Virus record (IMG/VR): IMGVR_UViG_3300020049_007251
Strand: one strand, 5' to 3'
Length of the DNA: 64,000 bases
Source of the DNA: an uncultured virus (IMG/VR IMGVR_UViG_3300020049_007251)
Lineage: Duplodnaviria > Heunggongvirae > Uroviricota > Caudoviricetes
Every line of letters begins with the position of its first letter. Position 1 is the first letter of the stretch. The notes beneath the pieces were generated by a model. That model was not told where the DNA came from, ran no database searches, and saw nothing but the letters and a program-made list of their open reading frames with translations. The position numbers and the translations under genes are program-made. Below are positions 38,666-47,040 of this stretch, piece after piece.

Positions 38666-39315
38666 ACATTACTCTGAACCTCTGGTCGTATCTGAAGATC
38701 AATTTGTTGTGTTGGTATTTCTGATGTTGGTTGAGTATGAGCTATATGACGATGCACATGAACTTCTACTGCAGGTAATGGTTGGCCATTAGGATCTTCT
38801 AATCTTTGTCTATCTATAAACATCGCTAAATACTTACCAAGTAATTCTAGTCCTTTAGCTTTATCCCAGAATCTTATTTTCTTTGTCTCACCAATTTTAG
38901 TCTTTCGCTTCTCTTTACCATTACCTTGGAATTCCCAGATCTCATCTACTTCAAGTGAAGATATTGATTTCTGCAATGATTCTGGCATATCATGAATGCT
39001 CTTAAGGGTTCCATCTTCTTCATAAGCATCCTTTGGATTGGCCATTGCAAAATCTTTTAATCCTTTAAGAACCATCTCTACATCAATCTCAACCTTCTCG
39101 GTTCTTTTAGAAAATTCTTTTTGGATTTCTTGAGCTACCTTGAGATTTGATAAGAGGCGGCTACCCTTAGCTTGTGCTGAAGATTGTTTCATACCATAAG
39201 AACGCATTACTGCTTGTGTGGCATTAAGATCTTTAAGATATTCACGTACGAAGAGTTGCTGTTCTTTATTAAGGAGAGGTTTAGGGGTAGCAGCTGTGAG
39301 GTTCTTCTTGGTCAT
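38662..39315 (-). CDS. terS: Terminase small subunit
   Basis: FVREYL-x-DLNATQA, DK-x-K-x-LELLG-x-x-L-x-MF. Confidence 0.9.
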   Translation of the reverse strand: MTKKNLTAATPKPLLNKEQQLFVREYLKDLNATQAVMRSYGMKQSSAQAKGSRLLSNLKVAQEIQKEFSKRTEKVEIDVEMVLKGLKDFAMANPKDAYEEDGTLKSIHDMPESLQKSISSLEVDEIWEFQGNGKEKRKTKIGETKKIRFWDKAKGLELLGKYLAMFIDRQRLEDPNGQPLPAVEVHVHRHIAHTQPTSEIPTQQIDLQIRPEVQSNV

Positions 39316-39470
39316 TGCCTTTAAAATTTCTTGTAAATGGTGTGTTTGATTACACTTACAATATACCACCACTAGTTCCGGCCATGTAAATAACTATTTT
39401 AAAATAAATAATGCCTCTTGTAAGTGTAGAGCGTACCGGAACTTTACATGAATATATTTTAGAATTATCC

Positions 39471-39499
39471 TTGCGAAGCTCAACTTGATGTGGTATATT
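39471..39499 (+). promoter_or_regulatory. Early promoter P1
   Basis: TTGCGA, 17 nt, TATATT with upstream TG; at the divergence point of the two arms. Confidence 0.75.
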
Positions 39500-39528
39500 T
39501 AGAGTGTAAATAAAGGAAGGAGCGGATA

Positions 39529-39666
39529 ATGGACCACCCATACAAAACAATACTTCAAGAGAAATTAGAAAAAGCCCAAGCTAGACTCGACATCATGTAT
39601 AACAAAGTCCAATATGGTAGCTATGGATATTGGCACTCATTAACCATTCTTTATGGAGGAGAATAA
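39529..39666 (+). CDS. 45-aa first early ORF, not in the ORF track
   Basis: AAGGAG RBS; MDHPYKTILQEKLEKAQARL...GGE. Confidence 0.6.
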   Translation: MDHPYKTILQEKLEKAQARLDIMYNKVQYGSYGYWHSLTILYGGE

Positions 39667-39824
39667 AATGAATAAATTTTTAACTTTTGCCTTTGGAGAA
39701 AAAGGCTCTGAATTTGAAAAAACCTGGGTATTGATATTACATTTTTATTTCTTCGGAATTTATTTATCAGGATTGGATTTCAAAATCTTAACATGCAATT
39801 TTCTAACCAATGGAGGAAATTAAA

Positions 39825-40073
39825 ATGAAAACAGCTTATCTTCGAGAATCTAAAGAACTTAGATATTTCCATCCCACCGAAAAAGTATGGTATGTAATTC
39901 AACCAAGCGTCTTTGCCAAAACTTCTTACATGATCACTAGGTTAGGAAATGGTTATTCAGACTCTGACTATTCTCAAATAGTTATGATAGGATCAATGAA
40001 TCATTGCTTAGCTAAAATACAAGCATTAAAAAACCAGGTAGCCGTTAACTCATTAGAAGGAATACTTAAATGA
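39825..40073 (+). CDS. Hypothetical early protein
   Basis: GGAGG RBS before ATG 39825. Confidence 0.6.
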   Translation: MKTAYLRESKELRYFHPTEKVWYVIQPSVFAKTSYMITRLGNGYSDSDYSQIVMIGSMNHCLAKIQALKNQVAVNSLEGILK

Positions 40074-40185
40074 AGTTCTTTAATTTTATTTATAATCTTA
40101 TCTTATTAGTCTTCACTCCAGATCCACCAAGTGAGGTAGAGAAAGATAAAGAAATAGAATATGAAACAAAGACCTGGGGTAGAAA

Positions 40186-40395
40186 ATGAGCAAACTAATA
40201 ATAACCATAGATGCAAATAAATTAGCTGAAGTCTTATTCATAAGGGATAATACAGAACTCTATTTAGACCTTAAAAGAAGAATGGATAATCCTCATGCTA
40301 AATACTTCTATGATCAAATGATAGAAAATAAATTAAAAGAGGCAAGAGAATTAATTAAAATAGTTCAAGGCTGTTTAGTCAAAGCAGAATTATAA
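40186..40395 (+). CDS. Hypothetical early protein
   Basis: ORF in early run. Confidence 0.55.
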   Translation: MSKLIITIDANKLAEVLFIRDNTELYLDLKRRMDNPHAKYFYDQMIENKLKEARELIKIVQGCLVKAEL

Positions 40396-40541
40396 TAAAG
40401 GAAAGGAGGATAATAGAATGGGTAGAGTAATAATCATCTTCATCTTATTAGTAATGTGTTCTTTAATAAGTAGCATTAGTACTAAACTAGATACACTTAA
40501 TTCAACCATAATGAGTCTTAAAACAGAAAGGGCCTACTAAG

Positions 40542-40814
40542 ATGGCTTTATTAAAGTTAATTTGTTATAGCTGCAATACCCACCACAAAGAAACCAAGAT
40601 GCAGGCTGAGATTATATCCACCAATCCCCAAACAAAAGAAAGTAAAGTAATTGGATATCTATGTGCAAAATGTAATAAGAAGAATGCAGTAAGTAAAAGA
40701 CCAAAGGGAATGGGTTGGAGATCAGCCTTTCAAAAATTAGTACAACAAGCTATCCAAAATAAGATTAATGAGAAAGTGAGTTATGCTAAAAGTGAATCCC
40801 TCGCTAAATCCTGA
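40542..40814 (+). CDS. Zinc-ribbon early protein
   Basis: CxxC...CxxC. Confidence 0.6.
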   Translation: MALLKLICYSCNTHHKETKMQAEIISTNPQTKESKVIGYLCAKCNKKNAVSKRPKGMGWRSAFQKLVQQAIQNKINEKVSYAKSESLAKS

Positions 40815-41049
40815 AAAGATACATAATCGAATGATTCAAGTCAGTCTCTCAGATTTATTCTACTTTTACGGACCTAAACATAACCAAAGCTCATTCTTTG
40901 CCTTCTCTTTAATATCCCGAGAAGAGAGAATTAATGCCCTAAAGAAAGATGCAGCTGAAATGGTAGCTACATACGGACTAGAAGATCAAATTGAGACAAT
41001 GGGAATAACACTAGAACAGATAGCAATAGACTATCTAGATCGGAATTAG
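40783..41049 (+). CDS. Hypothetical early protein
   Basis: ORF in early run. Confidence 0.55.
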   Translation: MLKVNPSLNPEKIHNRMIQVSLSDLFYFYGPKHNQSSFFAFSLISREERINALKKDAAEMVATYGLEDQIETMGITLEQIAIDYLDRN

Positions 41050-41051
41050 AA

Positions 41052-41270
41052 ATGGATGAAGAACAACTCGCTCTGTTATACCCCGAATCATACTCCAATA
41101 AAATAGATTCAATTAATCATGGACATACTGAGAATATTTTTAAAGAGCAACTAGAAGAAGGCCCTATGCTAAGAAACAATATGAGAGGAGTAAAGGGCTG
41201 TAAAGGATTTGGATACACAGTACCTAAACTCACCCTTACAAGATCACAAAGAATAAACTTTGGGCTATAG
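41052..41270 (+). CDS. Hypothetical early protein
   Basis: ORF in early run. Confidence 0.5.
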   Translation: MDEEQLALLYPESYSNKIDSINHGHTENIFKEQLEEGPMLRNNMRGVKGCKGFGYTVPKLTLTRSQRINFGL

Positions 41271-41478
41271 TATATTATAGACTAGATTATCTATTGCTGC
41301 AGCTATTGCAATTAGCATTAGCAATAGCAGTAAAGATAAAGTATTAAAGTAAAGTAAAAGTATTCTGTCTGCTGTAGCAATAGCCATAGCAAATGCAATT
41401 AGCAATAGCAATTATGTAGGCCATATGCCACATAGGCTATATGCTATATATACCGTATATACTATATAGCCCTACAAA
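41271..41478. repeat. Non-coding GCAATAGC repeat/palindrome tract, candidate origin
   Basis: GCAATAGC at 41321, 41377, 41402 and inverted at 41302; further inverted repeats at 41416-41475. Confidence 0.6.
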
Positions 41479-41489
41479 AGGAGCAATAA

Positions 41490-41744
41490 ATGAAAGCTGA
41501 AATTGGTATTTGTCTCAGTCAAGCAAAATGCAGATATTTAATTCTTAACAAAGGATTCACTAATCTCAATCAGAAGGAAGAGAAGAGCACATATCTTTGC
41601 GGAGTAGGTAAGTTCTCTTTACATAGAGATCCTAATTTACTTCCAGCTAAATGTTCCCTTTACAAAGAAAAAGATTTAGTTAAAATAGTAGATGTACCAA
41701 CTAATGAGCCTTTACAAGCTCCAGAAAAGGGATTCAATGGATAA
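41490..41744 (+). CDS. Cys-containing hypothetical protein
   Basis: AAGGAG RBS; four Cys. Confidence 0.55.
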   Translation: MKAEIGICLSQAKCRYLILNKGFTNLNQKEEKSTYLCGVGKFSLHRDPNLLPAKCSLYKEKDLVKIVDVPTNEPLQAPEKGFNG

Positions 41745-41757
41745 GGAGAATATAGAA

Positions 41758-42210
41758 ATGAGACTATGGAGTATTCATCCCAAGTATTTAGATTCAAAAG
41801 GTTTAGTAGCATGTTGGAGAGAATCACTTTTAGCCCAGGCTGTTCTGAGAAATGAAACTATTGGTTATAAGAATCATTCTCAGCTAATAAGATTTAAAGC
41901 ACACCCAGATCCAAAAGCCGCTATTCTTTCTTATCTTCAAGGATTAAAAAATGAATCAATTGAAAGAGGATATAATTTTAAAGAAATAGATCCACCAAGA
42001 AAAGTAGATTGTATTCCAGTATCAGCTGGACAACTTATTTTTGAAATGCAATGGATTTATAAGAAACTAGTTTATCGCAATGACCGAGAAAGAATGCACT
42101 TAGTAAAATCCATCTTAACTAAGGGCTATAGAAATATTGAAATGCATCCACTATTTACTATTAAAGAAATAAAGGAGGTAGAATCTTGGGAGAAAAATAT
42201 TTTAAAATAG
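41758..42210 (+). CDS. Pyrimidine-dimer DNA glycosylase (T4 endonuclease V family)
   Basis: MRLWS-x-HPKYLD-x-KGLVA-x-WRE-x-LLAQ...GY-x-NH-x-QL-x-RF...RGYNF. Confidence 0.85.
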   Translation: MRLWSIHPKYLDSKGLVACWRESLLAQAVLRNETIGYKNHSQLIRFKAHPDPKAAILSYLQGLKNESIERGYNFKEIDPPRKVDCIPVSAGQLIFEMQWIYKKLVYRNDRERMHLVKSILTKGYRNIEMHPLFTIKEIKEVESWEKNILK

Positions 42211-42213
42211 TCC

Positions 42214-42241
42214 TTGCGAAGATTTTAAAGTATGGTATTAT
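42214..42241 (+). promoter_or_regulatory. Early promoter P2
   Basis: TTGCGA, 16 nt, TATTAT with upstream TG; shares ATATTTTA...TCCTTGCGAAG...TGGTAT with P1. Confidence 0.65.
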
Positions 42242-42279
42242 AGCTAAGTAACTTAAACATTCTTCAAACGGAGCGGATA

Positions 42280-42582
42280 ATGGAAATGGTAATTAACAGT
42301 TCAAAATTAAGTAATACCCTAAAATCAATTTTAAATATATTACGAACCCTAGCCCCCAGCCAAAAGAGTTATCCGCTCCTAAAGCAAGAAAGCTCGGTTG
42401 GAAACAATCGAGACACACGGGGGCAGGGTTCTTTACATAATCCACCTTATCTTACTATAGATCAAACTTACAAATTATGGTTAAGTTATTGCCGTAAAGA
42501 AAAAGCATTAGGCCACTACAATTTTATGAAGTATGGTGAATACTTAGAAAAAGTAATTGCTAAAGAATATCTAATCTACTAA
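42280..42582 (+). CDS. Hypothetical protein overlapping a structured RNA element
   Basis: GGAG RBS directly after P2. Confidence 0.5.
   Translation: MEMVINSSKLSNTLKSILNILRTLAPSQKSYPLLKQESSVGNNRDTRGQGSLHNPPYLTIDQTYKLWLSYCRKEKALGHYNFMKYGEYLEKVIAKEYLIY
42344..42431 (+). ncRNA. Putative structured RNA element
   Basis: 13-bp closing stem, internal CTCGGTTG-GAAA-CAATCGAG hairpin, and an anti-RBS segment. Confidence 0.5.
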
Positions 42583-42583
42583 A

Positions 42584-43036
42584 ATGAATTCACTAAGAAC
42601 CATAATTATTATTTCCATGTTGACCTTTATTTTCTCAGATAAAGAAGTAAAGGCTAATCAAATTAGTGATGAAGACTTAGCTAGGGCCATTGTAGGAGAA
42701 GCTAGTAATCAAGGCTACAATGGAATGTTAGCTGTAGCCTGTGCAATAAGAAATAGAGGAACTTTAAAAGGAGTATATGGATTTACAAGTTCTTTACCTA
42801 ATAGAGAACCTAAGTGGGTATGGGACTTAGCAAAAAAGGCAGTAAAGAATTCCCTAAAAGAGGACCCAACAAAAGGAGCAACCCACTGGGAAAATATTAC
42901 TTCCTTCGGAGAACCCTACTGGGCTAAGGCCATGGTAGAAACCTATAAAATAAAAGATCATATTTTCTATAAAGAAAAGAAAAAGGTATCTCATGGAAAA
43001 AAGAATCGAAAGAAAAACAACAAGAAGCTTTCATAA
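42584..43036 (+). CDS. SleB/CwlJ-like cell wall hydrolase with signal peptide
   Basis: LARAI-x-GEA...GM-x-AVA-x-x-I-x-NR, DPT-x-GATH, P-x-W, I-x-x-H-x-FY. Confidence 0.85.
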   Translation: MNSLRTIIIISMLTFIFSDKEVKANQISDEDLARAIVGEASNQGYNGMLAVACAIRNRGTLKGVYGFTSSLPNREPKWVWDLAKKAVKNSLKEDPTKGATHWENITSFGEPYWAKAMVETYKIKDHIFYKEKKKVSHGKKNRKKNNKKLS

Positions 43037-43433
43037 AGACGGTAGACCTACCTTCGTATTAGTAGATGGTAAGTTATTCGCAATCATGGAAAGTATTCAA
43101 ACCCTAGAAGATATTAAAAGAATGCCATTAGATAAGAGGCCACATATTAGGCACTTAAATGAAATACCAGAACGTAGTCCAGATGAACAATCCTATAAGA
43201 ATAAAAAAGATCTACAAGAAGAAATAGAAATCTACAGTCAAATACCCACTCACGGTAAAGAAAAAGTAACATCACTTAAGAAGGCTATTCAACTAGGAGT
43301 AAATGTTACTGATGAAGTAAAAAAACTACTAAAAGAAAAGGAGGAAGCTTTCAAATGCGGTGATAAAACTAAAGCAAGAAAAATAAGGATGCAATTAAGA
43401 AAATTAGATTATAAACGAAATAAAGGAGAATAA
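42993..43433 (+). CDS. Basic hypothetical protein
   Basis: C-terminal helical motif shared with the next gene. Confidence 0.65.
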   Translation: MEKRIERKTTRSFHKDGRPTFVLVDGKLFAIMESIQTLEDIKRMPLDKRPHIRHLNEIPERSPDEQSYKNKKDLQEEIEIYSQIPTHGKEKVTSLKKAIQLGVNVTDEVKKLLKEKEEAFKCGDKTKARKIRMQLRKLDYKRNKGE

Positions 43434-43437
43434 GAAA

Positions 43438-43722
43438 ATGGCTACAAATAAAAAAGTTGAAGAACTCTTAAAGAAATTAGAAAAAATCTCAGATCGTGCT
43501 AGTAAAGAAGCTGCTAATATTCGCCGCCAGTTACGAGCTGAAGGTTATTCATTACGCGGTGATGGTAAAAAGAAAGAAGCAAAAGAAACTACCAAGGCTA
43601 AAGAAAAACCAGTAGCTAAAAAAGATGCAGTCAAGTCTTCTAAAGTTTCTAAGAAGGTTTCTTCAAAGAAGGCTAAAGCTGAAGATGACGATGATGATGA
43701 TTCTGATGAGGATGGCATTTAA
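43438..43722 (+). CDS. Lys-rich protein with acidic tail
   Basis: AAGGAG RBS; K-rich middle, poly-Asp end. Confidence 0.7.
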   Translation: MATNKKVEELLKKLEKISDRASKEAANIRRQLRAEGYSLRGDGKKKEAKETTKAKEKPVAKKDAVKSSKVSKKVSSKKAKAEDDDDDDSDEDGI

Positions 43723-43848
43723 TCCAATAGGTATCTTATTATTATTACTTCGGAGATAAGGGTTCAAATCCCTATTTAAGGAAAGATTCTCTTAATAGTT
43801 TAATCAGGTAAAATACCGATGTACAATTTAAAAATAGATTTTTGGATT
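43721..43848 (+). ncRNA. Circularly permuted tRNA-like element (T arm, closed acceptor-like stem, D arm)
   Basis: AGGG-TTCAAAT-CCCT, TTAAG...CTTAA, TA-GTTT-AATCAGGTA-AAAT, enclosed by TCGG/CCGA and an outer AATCCAA/TTGGATT stem. Confidence 0.6.
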
Positions 43849-43995
43849 CCTTCATTTAAGTATCAACTAGTTGAGTGGCTATCAAATCACTACTCAATAG
43901 ACAAAAGCAATAAAGTTATCTCATGGGCTAAATACTCAAAAAAAGAACTACTAGCCATTTATATCAACTATAGAAAAAATATTTTAAAAAGGTAG
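43819..43995 (+). CDS. Hypothetical 58-aa protein, not in the ORF track
   Basis: MYNLKIDFWIPSFKYQLVEWL...KR; start lies within the tRNA-like stem. Confidence 0.55.
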   Translation: MYNLKIDFWIPSFKYQLVEWLSNHYSIDKSNKVISWAKYSKKELLAIYINYRKNILKR

Positions 43996-44003
43996 TCCTC
44001 ACC

Positions 44004-44273
44004 ATGGGCAAATTCCAAGAAGAGAAAATTACTGAATATCCTTCAATCATAAAAAGGAATGATTCTGAGAAGATAATCAAATATAGGATTAGAGTGCTAA
44101 TTAGAAACTACAATCTAGTTTTAGACTTAAGAGAATGTACTCATAATTCAAAAGGTTTTATGTTTACCAGCAATGGGCTGAGCTTTAATCAAAAAGAGTT
44201 ACGGTGCCTGATAAAGTATTTGATTCATGCAGAAAAGGAGCATTTTAGTTATGGAAGCAACCAAGCAAACTGA
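44004..44273 (+). CDS. PC4/YdbC-like ssDNA-binding protein
   Basis: LDLRE...FT-x-x-G-x-SF...EL pattern. Confidence 0.65.
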   Translation: MGKFQEEKITEYPSIIKRNDSEKIIKYRIRVLIRNYNLVLDLRECTHNSKGFMFTSNGLSFNQKELRCLIKYLIHAEKEHFSYGSNQAN

Positions 44274-45522
44274 AATCCGCATTCTAAGTACCATAAGAGT
44301 AAAAGAAAATTGGTTCAAGTATAAGTCTATCCTACAGCCAGCCTTCTTTGCTAGTGAAGAGACAAAGCAATTATTCCAGATTATTGAAGGCTTCTTTCAA
44401 AAGTATGATTCATATAAGCTAAGCACAGGAAATATGAGGCTTCTAATTAATAAGAATATTAAGGATGAAGACTTAAGAGAAAGTTGCCTATCGATAGTTA
44501 GTTTAATTAGAAGGCAAAATAGTACAGATAATAAAATCATTCAAGAAACTATTAGTCATTTTGCTAAGATTCAATTAGTTAAATTAGCTATAACAGAGGC
44601 CTTAGCTTTATTGGACCACAGCAATCCTGATTTCCTAACGGTAAAAGAATATATTGATAAGGCCATGAACTTAGACGTAGGAGTAGCCTCTGATACTTAT
44701 TCATATTTTGAAGATCCAGGACAAAGGATGATAGATGAGGTAAAAGAAAAGAAGATTTCCACTGGAATTAAAAGGCTAGATCTTGAACTAGATGGAGGAA
44801 TGAGTCCAGGAGAATTACTGGTATTTCTAGGCCCTCCTGGTAGAGGTAAGACTACCGCTTTAATCAATATGGGTATGGGAGCTTTAATGCAGGGACTAAA
44901 GGTACTACACTTAACTCTAGAAATATCCGATCGGAAAATAGCTCGTAGATATGATATGAGGATAACTAAAAATACTTTCCAGAGTCTCAGAGATAATCCC
45001 GGAGCCATTAAGAACCCACTTAGTAGACTAAAGGCTAAAGGATGCAACCTAGTTATTAAAGACTACTCAATGGAATCACCTAGAGTACAAGATATTTACT
45101 CAATGGTCCTTAATTATCAAAGTCGGAATAATGAGCAGTTTGATATTATAGTGGTTGACTATGGTGATTTATTAGCTCCTGGGCAAAAGCACAAAGATAC
45201 CCGCCATAGCTTAGAAGAAGTATATACTGACCTAAGGAGATTAGCTGTAAAGCTACAAGTACCAATTTATACGGCAAGTCAAAGTAATAGAGAAAGCTTA
45301 AATAGGAACCTGGTTGGCCTCAGGGACGTAGCTGAGTCTTTTGGTAAAGTAAAGGTAGCTGATGTAGTTATTGGTATTTGTCAAACACCAGAAGAGGAAG
45401 AAGAAAAGTTAGTAAGACTATTTATTGCTAAGTCTAGAAAGAAGTCTGGGCATCCAACAATACGTTTAGCATTAGAGCCAGAGACTATGTTTATGGGAGA
45501 ATATAAAAGTGGTAAGAATTAA
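44251..45522 (+). CDS. DnaB-like (SF4) replicative helicase
   Basis: GPPGRGKT, LTLE, VVDY-x-DL, TASQ-x-NR, AES-x-x-K...AD, KSR. Confidence 0.9.
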   Translation: MEATKQTEIRILSTIRVKENWFKYKSILQPAFFASEETKQLFQIIEGFFQKYDSYKLSTGNMRLLINKNIKDEDLRESCLSIVSLIRRQNSTDNKIIQETISHFAKIQLVKLAITEALALLDHSNPDFLTVKEYIDKAMNLDVGVASDTYSYFEDPGQRMIDEVKEKKISTGIKRLDLELDGGMSPGELLVFLGPPGRGKTTALINMGMGALMQGLKVLHLTLEISDRKIARRYDMRITKNTFQSLRDNPGAIKNPLSRLKAKGCNLVIKDYSMESPRVQDIYSMVLNYQSRNNEQFDIIVVDYGDLLAPGQKHKDTRHSLEEVYTDLRRLAVKLQVPIYTASQSNRESLNRNLVGLRDVAESFGKVKVADVVIGICQTPEEEEEKLVRLFIAKSRKKSGHPTIRLALEPETMFMGEYKSGKN

Positions 45523-46354
45523 TCTTCTATCATTAGGAGAATCTAAAAGAACTAATAATCCCAGGCAGGTAAGATTCTGCTGTACTAATTGCGATGACCA
45601 GAAATATCACTTATATGTCCACCTCGGTAAAAAACTATTCTATTGTCAAAAATGTGCCTTTAAGGGAAAGGTAGAAGACTTAGGCCCTACCCTAGACAAC
45701 TTTCAAGATAGAGCTAATAAGTTTTTAACAAAAGAATCAAGGGAAATTAAAGAAAGAAAGATAATGAAATTACCAGAACATTTTAACAAGCTTAATTCTA
45801 ATAGTGGCCTTCCCTATAACTACCTCATTAATAGAGGAATTAATCCAGATGAGGTTGCTCAGTACAATATGGGGTATTGCAGTGATGGAGACTACTCAGA
45901 AAGAATAATTTTGCCAATTTATCGATTGAGTAAATTAATTTATTTTGTTGGTAGATCATTTACTAATAAGGAACCCAGATACTTTAATTCAATTAGTTTC
46001 TCAAAGAAAGGAGTATTATTCACTACTTTTGCTGGAAGAGTAGACCATGCTATTGTAGTAGAGGGAGTATTCGATGCAATAAAAATTGGTCGAGTAAAGC
46101 CAGCTATTTCATTACTAGGGAAGAGAGCAGATGCTGCTCAACTCCAGGAGATAGCTAAAGTAGCTAATAGTGCCACCATTATGCTCGATCGAGATGCTGT
46201 TAAGGAGCAATGGGAATTAATTAAGCAACTAAGTTTTCATATACCTACTAAGTATATCTTCTTAGATAATTATAAAGATCCAGATGATATTCCAGCTCGT
46301 GAACTTCGTAAAATAATAGGAGGAAATAAAAAATGCGTATCTATGAAGGATTAG
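45509..46354 (+). CDS. DNA primase (zinc finger + TOPRIM)
   Basis: CxxC...CxxC, YL-x-x-RG, RIILP, VEG-x-FD, D-x-D. Confidence 0.85.
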   Translation: MVRINLLSLGESKRTNNPRQVRFCCTNCDDQKYHLYVHLGKKLFYCQKCAFKGKVEDLGPTLDNFQDRANKFLTKESREIKERKIMKLPEHFNKLNSNSGLPYNYLINRGINPDEVAQYNMGYCSDGDYSERIILPIYRLSKLIYFVGRSFTNKEPRYFNSISFSKKGVLFTTFAGRVDHAIVVEGVFDAIKIGRVKPAISLLGKRADAAQLQEIAKVANSATIMLDRDAVKEQWELIKQLSFHIPTKYIFLDNYKDPDDIPARELRKIIGGNKKCVSMKD

Positions 46355-47040
46355 CACAAGCAGTAAATGAAGTGGAAAGAGATCTAAATGAAATGGGAAC
46401 TTTAGTACACCCAGAAACTATGCAGGATAAAAATGTAAAAGATAATGATGACTTCATTACTAAAGAAATTCAGGGTTATTCTTTTATGATTACTAGCCAA
46501 AAATTTATCTGGCAAGATATTAAAGAGCTAGGGTTAAATAGAGCCTATATCGATGAAGAAGTAGATGCCCGTATTTCAAGTACCTACCTTAATCCAGGAG
46601 AGGCTTATCTAAATAGATTAGAGGTATGGCAACAATTCCTACATGACGGTAAGTTTTCTTATACCTACAATGAAAGAATTCGTGAACAACTTACTCCTAT
46701 CCTTGAAAACTTAATTAAAAATCCTAATACTAGACAGGCTATTATTACTTTATATGACAAGGACAAAGACTTAGCTAATATTGGTGGTAAAGCTAGAATA
46801 CCGTGCAGTATGTACTACCAATTTTTAAGAAGAGTTCGTGATAATGTAGAGTACCTAGATTGTATTTATACCATGCGCTCATGTGATTTCTATACTCATT
46901 TCCCCTATGATATAGCCCTAACAATGGGTTTCCAAAGAGCACTAGCAGATTATTTAGATATTGAGCCTGGTAGATTTACACAATTTATTGGATCTTTACA
47001 TGCTTATCGTAAAGACTGGAACAAGAAAAAGGTGTTTTAA
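46333..47040 (+). CDS. Thymidylate-synthase-fold enzyme, probable dCMP C5-modifying enzyme
   Basis: TRQA, PC, MRSCD, SLHAY; FPYDI has Asp where canonical ThyA has Asn. Confidence 0.8.
   Translation: MRIYEGLAQAVNEVERDLNEMGTLVHPETMQDKNVKDNDDFITKEIQGYSFMITSQKFIWQDIKELGLNRAYIDEEVDARISSTYLNPGEAYLNRLEVWQQFLHDGKFSYTYNERIREQLTPILENLIKNPNTRQAIITLYDKDKDLANIGGKARIPCSMYYQFLRRVRDNVEYLDCIYTMRSCDFYTHFPYDIALTMGFQRALADYLDIEPGRFTQFIGSLHAYRKDWNKKKVF

Noticed and set aside
41271..41478. CRISPR mini-array
   Set aside because: Repeats are about 8 bp, irregularly spaced and in both orientations; the Cas4-like genes are ordinary phage exonucleases.
42368..42380. lac operator / cloning-vector contamination (GTTATCCGCTC)
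   Set aside because: Only the core matches, flanks are not lacO or vector, and the motif is explained by the phage's own RBS sequences.
43721..43848. Canonical tRNA gene or two-piece tmRNA
   Set aside because: Arm order is T before D, there is no anticodon loop or CCA, and a D stem is present without a G3-U70 alanine acceptor.
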